Positions 57,654 to 64,000 of a stretch of DNA of 64,000 nucleotides are shown here, piece by piece. The stretch is from assembly GCA_038224325.1 (NCBI GenBank), contig JBBRFL010000008.1, forward strand, positions 7,899 through 71,898, read 5' to 3'. Each line of letters opens with the position of its first letter. The stretch's first letter is position 1. Source of the stretch: Thermoanaerobaculia bacterium. Its GTDB lineage: Bacteria > Acidobacteriota > Thermoanaerobaculia > UBA5066 > Gp7-AA6. The notes beneath the pieces are model-generated. The model made no database searches. It was not told where the DNA came from and saw only the letters and a list, made by a program, of their open reading frames with translations. Both the position numbers and the translations under genes were made by a program.

Positions 57654-60308
57654 CTATTGGCCACTCTGCTGGATCAACTTCGCCACCAGGCCGGTCCAGC
57701 CCGTCTGGTGCGAGGCGCCGATGCCGGCGCCGTTGTCTCCGTGGAAATACTCGTAGAAGAGAATGTGGTCCCGGAAATGGGGATCGCTCTGGAGCTTCTC
57801 GGCGCCGCCGAAGACCGGCCGCCGCCCGTCGCCGTCGCGCAGAAAGATCCGGTTCAATCGGCGCGAAAGCTCCCCGGCGACGTCCCAGAGCGTCAGAAGC
57901 TCGCCGCTGCCATAGGGGCACTCGACCCGGTAGGAGTCACCGAGGTAGAAGTGGAACTTCTGAAGCGACTCGATGATGAGGTAGTTGACCGGGAACCAGA
58001 CGGGCCCGCGCCAGTTGGAGTTTCCGCCGAAGAGGCCGGTCGACGACTCCGCCGGCTCGTAGCCGACGCGATGCTCGGTACCCATGACGTCGAGAACGTA
58101 GGGGTGATCGCGGTGATGCCGGGAGACGGCCCGGACTCCGTGGGGCGACAGAAACTCGTTCTCGTCGAGCAGGTAGCGGCAGATCTGCCGGAGCCGATCC
58201 CGGTTCACGAGCGAGAAGAAGCGCTTGACCTGTCCGTCGGAGGTCGTCTCGGTCTCGACGTGCTGGCCGAAGTCGGGACGGTTCTCCAGGAACCACTGCA
58301 TGCGGCGCTTGAAGCCGGGCAGCTTGTCCACGACCTTCGACGAGAGGGTCTCGACGGCGAACAGCGGGATCAGGCCCACCATCGAGCGGACCTTCATCGG
58401 AAGATTCCGGCCGTCGGGCAGGTCCAGGACGTCGTAGTAGAAACCGTCCTCGCGGTTCCACAGCTCGATTCCCTTTCCCCCGATGTTGTTCATCGCCCGG
58501 CAGATGTAGACGAAGTGCTCGAAGAACTTCGAGGCGACGTCCTCGTAGGCGGAGTCGTCGCGGGCGAGCTCGAGCGCGATCGCGAGCATGTTGAGGCAGT
58601 ACATCCCCATCCAGCTGGTGGCGTCGGACTGCTCGATGTGGCCGCCCGTCGGGAGCGGGGCGCTGCGGTCGAAGACGCCGATGTTGTCCAGACCGAGGAA
58701 CCCTCCCTGGAAGACGTTCTTTCCGTCGGCGTCCTTCCGGTTGATCCACCACGTGAAGTTGAGCAGGAGCTTGTGGAAGACCCGCTCGAGGAACTTGCGA
58801 TCGCCCTGGCCGCTGCGCTTCTTGTCGATCTTGTAGACCCTCCACGCCGCCCACGCGTGCACTGGCGGATTCACGTCCCCGAAGGCCCACTCGTAGGCGG
58901 GCAGCTGGCCGTTGGGGTGCATGTACCACTCGCGCAGGAGGAGCACGAGCTGCCGCTTTGCGAAGTCCGGGTCGACGAGCGCGAGCGGAATGCAGTGGAA
59001 GGCGAGGTCCCACGCGGCGAACCACGGGTACTCCCACTTGTCGGGCATCGAGATCACGTCTTCGTTGAAGAGGTGCGTCCACTCGGAGTTGCGCCCCTGC
59101 AGCCGCTCGGGCGGGGGCTCGGGCCCCTCCGGATCGCCCCGCAGCCAGCGGGAGACGTCGTAGTGGTAGAACTGCTTGGACCAGAGGATACCCGCGAACG
59201 CCTGGCGCTGCACCGCTCGAGCGTCCGCCGTCAGGTCCGGGGTCGCCAGGGGCGCGTAGAACCGGTCGGCCTCGCTCAGGCGTTGCTCGAACACGCCGTC
59301 GAACGCGGAGCCGAAGGCGTCCTGCGGAAGGGAGCTCGCCAGCCGCAGGCGTACCGTCGCGGACTCGCCCGCCCGGATCCTGAGCCGGTACCGCGCGGAC
59401 GCCTTGGAGCCGACCGGCTGCGGGTTGACGGCCTCCTTCACGCCTCCGACGACGTAGTCGTGAATCCCGTCCTTGACGTGAGGCGACTCGTTCTCGCCGC
59501 CCCAGAGACGTTTCGCGTTGGACTCGTTCTCGGTGAAGAGGAGCTCCGGAGAACCCTCGCACGCGAGGGCCAGCGGCCCGTAGTACTCGCTCTCGATGTC
59601 GATGCGGCGGGCTCCGGCCTCGGAGTCCGCCGCCCGCAGACGCTGGCGGCGCGATCCGAGCCCCCACGACCACGTGTTGCGAAACCAGATCGTCGGCAAC
59701 AGGTCGAGCGACGCCTCCTCCGGGCCCCGGTTGAACACCTGGATGCGGACCAGGACGTCGTCCGGCCCGGACTTCGCGTATTCCGTGAAGACGTCGAAGT
59801 AGCGATTCTCGTCGAACGCCCCCGAATCGATCAGCTCGAACTCCGGGTCGCCGCGCCCGCGGGCCCGGTTCTCCTCGAGCAGGCGCGCATAGGGGTACTC
59901 GCGCTGCGGGTACTTGTAGAGCGCCCTCATGTACGAGTGCGTCGGCGTCGAGTCGAGGTAGTAGTAGGCCTCCTTGACGTCCTCGCCGTGGTTGCCCTGG
60001 TTGCCGGTCAGCCCGAACAACCGCTCCTTGAGGATCGGGTCATGCCCGTTCCACATCGCCACCGCGAAGCAGACGTACTGGTGCCGGTCGGAGATCCCCA
60101 TCAGGCCGTCCTCGCCCCACCGGTAGGCGCGCGAGCGCGCCTGGTCGTGCGGGAAGAAGTCCCACGCGGCGCCGTTCGCGCTGTAATCCTCGCGCACCGT
60201 GCCCCACTGCCGCTCCGAGAGATACGGACCCCAGCGCTTCCAGTTTTTCTTGCGCTGCGAGTCCTCGGCCAGTCGGAGCCGCTCGGGGTCCAGCGTCTCG
60301 GGGAACAT
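57654..60308 (-). CDS. GH63-like glucosidase (MGH1/YgjK-type glycoside hydrolase)
   Basis: 884 aa. The sequence [55 protein letters not shown]...[13 protein letters not shown] is the characteristic N-terminus of this bacterial glucosidase family. A C-terminal (alpha/alpha)6 region follows. Confidence 0.75.
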   Translation of the reverse strand: MFPETLDPERLRLAEDSQRKKNWKRWGPYLSERQWGTVREDYSANGAAWDFFPHDQARSRAYRWGEDGLMGISDRHQYVCFAVAMWNGHDPILKERLFGLTGNQGNHGEDVKEAYYYLDSTPTHSYMRALYKYPQREYPYARLLEENRARGRGDPEFELIDSGAFDENRYFDVFTEYAKSGPDDVLVRIQVFNRGPEEASLDLLPTIWFRNTWSWGLGSRRQRLRAADSEAGARRIDIESEYYGPLALACEGSPELLFTENESNAKRLWGGENESPHVKDGIHDYVVGGVKEAVNPQPVGSKASARYRLRIRAGESATVRLRLASSLPQDAFGSAFDGVFEQRLSEADRFYAPLATPDLTADARAVQRQAFAGILWSKQFYHYDVSRWLRGDPEGPEPPPERLQGRNSEWTHLFNEDVISMPDKWEYPWFAAWDLAFHCIPLALVDPDFAKRQLVLLLREWYMHPNGQLPAYEWAFGDVNPPVHAWAAWRVYKIDKKRSGQGDRKFLERVFHKLLLNFTWWINRKDADGKNVFQGGFLGLDNIGVFDRSAPLPTGGHIEQSDATSWMGMYCLNMLAIALELARDDSAYEDVASKFFEHFVYICRAMNNIGGKGIELWNREDGFYYDVLDLPDGRNLPMKVRSMVGLIPLFAVETLSSKVVDKLPGFKRRMQWFLENRPDFGQHVETETTSDGQVKRFFSLVNRDRLRQICRYLLDENEFLSPHGVRAVSRHHRDHPYVLDVMGTEHRVGYEPAESSTGLFGGNSNWRGPVWFPVNYLIIESLQKFHFYLGDSYRVECPYGSGELLTLWDVAGELSRRLNRIFLRDGDGRRPVFGGAEKLQSDPHFRDHILFYEYFHGDNGAGIGASHQTGWTGLVAKLIQQSGQ

Positions 60309-62266
60309 CAGCGTGCCCTCCCTTCATCCGCCACCGCCGCCGGGGCGAGGATCACCCGATCGATGCGCAGCACTTCGCCGACCGACCACGCCTGGAAGGG
60401 ACAGCCGCCCGGCGCGTGCGGCAAGTCGCCGTCGACGACCTCGGAGACGTGCGAGAGCCCCGCCTCGTCCAGGTGAGCGACCAGGGGGGCGAGGAAGCGC
60501 TCGCGCGCCCCTCTCTTCGCCTCCTCCGACCCCCCGCGAACCCGGACCCAGGCCTCGACGAAGGCGCCCGCGAGGTACGGCCAGACGGTCCCCTGGTGAT
60601 ACGCCCCGTCGCGTTCCACGACTCCGGCAGCGTAGTGGGGGTGGTACCGGGGATCGTCTCGCGGCAGCGTGCGAAGGCCGAGCGGCGTCGCGAGCCGCGA
60701 CTCGACGACGTCCACCAGGCGACGCGCGCGTTCGCCCTCCAGGAGCGGAAACGGCAGGCCTCCGACCGCGAAGATCTGGTTGGGCCGAAAGGTCGGGTCG
60801 ACGGATCCCGGTACGTGGTCGCAGTCGACGACGTCGTACAGGCAGCCCTCCGACGCGTTCCAGAACCGGCGCGCGAAGGCGTCCGTCGCGCGTTGAAGCA
60901 GGCTTCGGAACTCGTTCGTGAATCCATCGGCGATCCGGAGCGCGTTGATCCAAAGCGCCTGGATCTCGACCGGCTTCCCGATGCGCGGGGTCACCGCCCG
61001 ATCGCCGACCTTCGCGTCCATCCACGTCAGCTGCACGCCCGGCTCCCCCGCGGCGACGAGGCCGTCGACATCGGCGCCGATCCGGAACCGGGTCCCGCGA
61101 GCGTACCCGGAGAGGATCGCGCCGAAGGTGTCCTGGAGCTTCCTCCGGTCGCCCCGGCTCACTGTGCGTCCGGCAGCGCCCATCGCCTCGAGGTACTCAT
61201 GCATCGCGATCAGATACCAGAGCGAGGCGTCGACCGAGTTGAATTCCGGACGGATTCCAGCTTCGGGGAAGAAGTTCGGGATCATGCCCTCGGAGACGGC
61301 TTCGGACCATCCCCCGAGGATCCGTCCCGCGTCCGCAAGTCGGCCGGTGGCGAGGCAAAGACCCCGCATCGCGATGAACGTGTCCCGGCCCCAGTCTGTG
61401 AACCACGGGTACCCCGCGACGATCGTCTGGCCTGTTCCCCGCTTTACGATGTACGCGTCGGCGGAGCGGTCGAGCCGGCCCGGAAAGCGCTTGCGGCGCC
61501 GGCCCTCGGCCAGACGGATCGTGTCGAGGGCAGACTGAGGGGTGCCCGCGCCGACGGCTCCCTCGTGGCCCTCGGCGGCCATCAGCAGCACCGCCTCGCC
61601 GCCGGACAGCTCGAAGCGGAACACGCCGGGGGACGCCAGGTCCTCCGAAAAGTCCAGGCCCCGGGCTCGCTCGTGGGCATAGAGGAAGTTGCGATACCAG
61701 AACGGCGCGTGCGCGTAGGCCCCGTTGGAGCGCAGGACGAGGGACGGCACACCCGCATAGGGCCGGAATCGCGTGGCTCCCCCCGGCTCCGTCTCCGTCT
61801 CGAAGCGGAAGGCGGGATTCTCGTGATGGAGCGAATGCGAGTCGCGCCCCGACAGGAACGGGCGGACCTCCAGAGTCACGGGCCCCGTTCTCGCGAGGAG
61901 CCTCCAGGAGAGCGCACAAGCCGAGGCGCCCCGCGGCACCAGGAGCTCATGCGCGATGCGCGTGCCGTCTTCCAACGTGAAGGTCCAGGAGGGCCACGGG
62001 TCCGTCTGGAATTCGGTCAGACGCCGTGCGCCGTCCGGGGCCGTCACCCCGGGCGTGTAGGCCTGAGACGTGATCGCGAATCGCCCCGCCGGCGTCTCGA
62101 CCCAGGCGTCGAAGCCGTTGACCAGGACGAAGCGGCCCGCCGGAGGAGTTCGCGCCGTCACGAGGAGGGCGTGGTAGCGGCGGGTGCGGACGCCCGACTG
62201 GGTGCCCGAAGCGAACCCGCCGAGGCCGTCGGCCTCGAGCCACTCGCGCATCGACCGATCGCGCAC
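60308..62266 (-). CDS. Glycogen-debranching-enzyme-type amylo-alpha-1,6-glucosidase (GDE_N plus GDE_C)
   Basis: The sequences [51 protein letters not shown] and [14 protein letters not shown] are family signatures. Its stop shares one base with the GH63 start. Confidence 0.8.
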   Translation of the reverse strand: MRDRSMREWLEADGLGGFASGTQSGVRTRRYHALLVTARTPPAGRFVLVNGFDAWVETPAGRFAITSQAYTPGVTAPDGARRLTEFQTDPWPSWTFTLEDGTRIAHELLVPRGASACALSWRLLARTGPVTLEVRPFLSGRDSHSLHHENPAFRFETETEPGGATRFRPYAGVPSLVLRSNGAYAHAPFWYRNFLYAHERARGLDFSEDLASPGVFRFELSGGEAVLLMAAEGHEGAVGAGTPQSALDTIRLAEGRRRKRFPGRLDRSADAYIVKRGTGQTIVAGYPWFTDWGRDTFIAMRGLCLATGRLADAGRILGGWSEAVSEGMIPNFFPEAGIRPEFNSVDASLWYLIAMHEYLEAMGAAGRTVSRGDRRKLQDTFGAILSGYARGTRFRIGADVDGLVAAGEPGVQLTWMDAKVGDRAVTPRIGKPVEIQALWINALRIADGFTNEFRSLLQRATDAFARRFWNASEGCLYDVVDCDHVPGSVDPTFRPNQIFAVGGLPFPLLEGERARRLVDVVESRLATPLGLRTLPRDDPRYHPHYAAGVVERDGAYHQGTVWPYLAGAFVEAWVRVRGGSEEAKRGARERFLAPLVAHLDEAGLSHVSEVVDGDLPHAPGGCPFQAWSVGEVLRIDRVILAPAAVADEGRAR

Positions 62267-62304
62267 GCTGGAGAGCGTATCTCCGACGGGCGGCGCGGCT
62301 CGAC

Positions 62305-63153
62305 CTACGGGGCGATCCGGACGCTTTGGAACATTCCTTCGGCGACCCAGTCGCGCATCCAGCGGAAGAGCTGGTCGCCCGGATTGCCCTGGTGGGCCCG
62401 GGCGGCGTCGGCCACGGCCTTGCCGAACGGGCGGCCTTCGGCGAGGGCGTTGAGGAATCGGTAGGCGGGCCGCGAGAGATCCAGGCGCCAGATTTCGTAG
62501 TTCTTCCGGTAGACGGCGACGAAGGAGGGCGTGCGCGCCGGCTCCGGATGCTCGTGGACGTCGTCCTTCACGGACTGAAGGTATGCGTTGACGGGATACG
62601 CGAACTCGAGGACGCGGAACGCCGCGATGGGCTCGAAGACGGCCGATTCCCAGGCCGACTCGGGCATCCGGGCGATCTCCTCGGCCGGCCAGGCCGGCGA
62701 CTCGGGAGCGTCGAACGCCGCGGTCACGGCCAGCTCCAGTCTCGCGAGGTCGGCGGCGAATCCGCGGCGCCGGAGCCCCTTCGATGCGCGGATGAAATCG
62801 GGAAAGTCGTTTCCGAGGACATTGAACGTGTAGCTGACGGACGGGTGGACCTGCACGTAACGCGTGACGAGATCGGCGAACGCGTCGTTGCCGAGGAAGT
62901 GCGCGACGGCCGAAAAGTCTCCCTCGAGCGCCTCGATCATGCGGAGGAGGTACATCCCGTGGTAGACGCCCACGCGCTCGGCCGCGGTCAGCGACTTCGA
63001 GGGGAGGATCACGCTCGCGATCCTGGCGGGATCGAGCTCCGCGCGCGCCGACGGAGCCTCGATGGCCTCCTCCAGCGGCCCCGGATGCGTGATCACCGCC
63101 TGCATCCAGCGTTGCACGCGCGGGAGAGTCAGATCAGGAGGCGGCTGCGGCAA
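62305..63153 (-). CDS. DUF2063-domain protein (MNIO partner, BufC/MbnC-like position)
   Basis: 282 aa. The sequence LPRVQRWMQAVITHP...LTAAERVGVYHGMYLLRMIEALEGDFSAVAHFLGNDAFADLVTRYVQVHPS matches the DUF2063 pattern. It overlaps the DUF692 gene by 20 nt. Confidence 0.75.
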   Translation of the reverse strand: MPQPPPDLTLPRVQRWMQAVITHPGPLEEAIEAPSARAELDPARIASVILPSKSLTAAERVGVYHGMYLLRMIEALEGDFSAVAHFLGNDAFADLVTRYVQVHPSVSYTFNVLGNDFPDFIRASKGLRRRGFAADLARLELAVTAAFDAPESPAWPAEEIARMPESAWESAVFEPIAAFRVLEFAYPVNAYLQSVKDDVHEHPEPARTPSFVAVYRKNYEIWRLDLSRPAYRFLNALAEGRPFGKAVADAARAHQGNPGDQLFRWMRDWVAEGMFQSVRIAP

Positions 63154-64000
63154 CGGGAGCCTCCTCCCGGCGATGGGCGCGCGCCTTGAGCGCCTCGCCG
63201 TGCACCACCTCGAAAGCGGGGATGTCGGCGTCCCATTCGAGCAGGGTCGCCGCGTTCCCGGTCCGCGCCAACGCGTGCCGGTACAGGTCCCACACCGGCT
63301 CGATCACGTGGTCGTTGTGCGTGTCGATGATGTGCGTGCCCTTGTGTGTGTGGCCGGCCAGGTGGTACTGCGCGACGCGATCGGGCGGAATGGCGTCGAG
63401 ATACTCCTTCGGGTCGAACCCGTGGTTGAAGGAGCTGACGTACACGTTGTTCACGTCGAGAAGCATCCCGCAGTCCGCCTCGTCCATGAGCCGGGCGAAG
63501 AACTCCCACTCCGGCATCGACGAGGCGGCGAACTCCGCGTAGGTCGAGGCGTTCTCGAGGATCAACGGCCTCTCGAGAATGTCGGAAACGGTCTTCACCC
63601 GCCCGATGACGTGGGACAGCGCCTCCTCCGTCAGGGGCATGGGGAGCAGATCGTGGGTGTTCCGCCCGGCGACGCCGGTCCAGCACAGGTGATCGGAGAC
63701 CCAGAGCGCCTTCGTGCGGGCCGCGAGCGCCTTGAGCTTGCCGAGGTGATGGCGGTCCAGGGGGTCGGCGCTGCCGATCGACATCGACACTCCGTGGAGG
63801 ACCACCGGGTAAGCCTCGGCGATCTGGTCGAGCACCCACAGCGGGCGCCCTCCCGTGTCCATGTAATTTTCGGAGAGGACCTCGAAGAAGTCGACCTCGG
63901 GCCGATTCTCCAGGATGTGAGAGTAGTGGACCGTGCGGAGGCCCACCCCGATTCCCAGGTCCGGAAAGCCCCAGCGATTGCGGGAAACGGAGGAATTTGG
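63134..64000 (-). CDS. DUF692 / UPF0276 multinuclear non-haem iron oxidase (MNIO, MbnB/BufB-like), 5-prime end beyond the window
   Basis: The sequences GIGVGLRTVHYSHIL...VDFFEVLSENYM...VLHGVSMSIGS...VSDHLCW...ILENASTY...LLDVNNVYVSS...YHLAGHT...IDTH are family signatures. The frame stays open to nt 64000. Confidence 0.85.
   Translation of the reverse strand, partial: PNSSVSRNRWGFPDLGIGVGLRTVHYSHILENRPEVDFFEVLSENYMDTGGRPLWVLDQIAEAYPVVLHGVSMSIGSADPLDRHHLGKLKALAARTKALWVSDHLCWTGVAGRNTHDLLPMPLTEEALSHVIGRVKTVSDILERPLILENASTYAEFAASSMPEWEFFARLMDEADCGMLLDVNNVYVSSFNHGFDPKEYLDAIPPDRVAQYHLAGHTHKGTHIIDTHNDHVIEPVWDLYRHALARTGNAATLLEWDADIPAFEVVHGEALKARAHRREEAPVAAAAS

Overview
This is a high-GC bacterial chromosomal window, roughly two-thirds G+C by eye, with a visibly lower-GC stretch at about 30.7-35.2 kb. 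The gene content suggests an Acidobacteriota-like organism: an Oar-type CarboxypepD_reg TonB-dependent receptor, an MFDDSLLES-type TonB N-terminus and an exosortase system. That assignment is inference only. I support about 55 protein-coding genes, one tRNA-Thr(CGU) and several short repeats and candidate regulatory sites. I saw no rRNA, CRISPR array, transposase or integrase.

Layout:
- 1-1.9 kb: 3-prime part of a surface protein with a Thr/Pro linker and an IPTL-CTERM-like sorting signal.
- 2-19.6 kb: housekeeping block. It holds tilS-hpt-ftsH, folP-cdaA-cdaR-glmM, ligA, an M1 peptidase, an SDR and a receiver-PilZ protein.
- 20-24 kb: a translationally coupled operon of ketosynthase, catalytically dead ketosynthase partner, 4HBT thioesterase, small exosortase (XrtH-like) and a membrane protein. 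This is my top candidate for an undescribed system.
- 24-30.7 kb: FHA/Fis regulator, fhs, smc and tRNA-Thr.
- 30.7-35.2 kb: lower-GC patch with two broken genes, a 750-nt non-coding stretch, a DUF4331 protein and a full-length eukaryote-type (DEGS-like) sphingolipid delta-4 desaturase homologue.
- 35.2-39.5 kb: OprO/P-type porin next to a TOBE regulator and modABC.
- 40.8-45.2 kb: LytTR response regulator, degenerate LytS-type kinase paralogue, intact kinase and a beta-lactamase-fold protein lacking Ser-x-x-Lys.
- 45.3-53.6 kb: envelope glycosylation cluster with a GT-C-like protein, YfhO and a three-module, 1165+ aa glycosyltransferase.
- 53.7-56.7 kb: Oar-like TonB-dependent receptor.
- 57.1-64 kb: one co-directional string of DUF692 (MNIO), DUF2063, glycogen-debranching-type GH, GH63-type GH and DoxX. 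The MNIO gene is cut by the window edge and any precursor-peptide gene lies outside the window.

Five apparent frameshifts or missing starts can each be repaired by adding one base, mostly in short homopolymers. I therefore suspect single-base deletion errors in the assembly rather than biology.

Many long Arg/Pro/Gly-rich ORFs in the track are antisense artefacts of the high GC content and are not reported.
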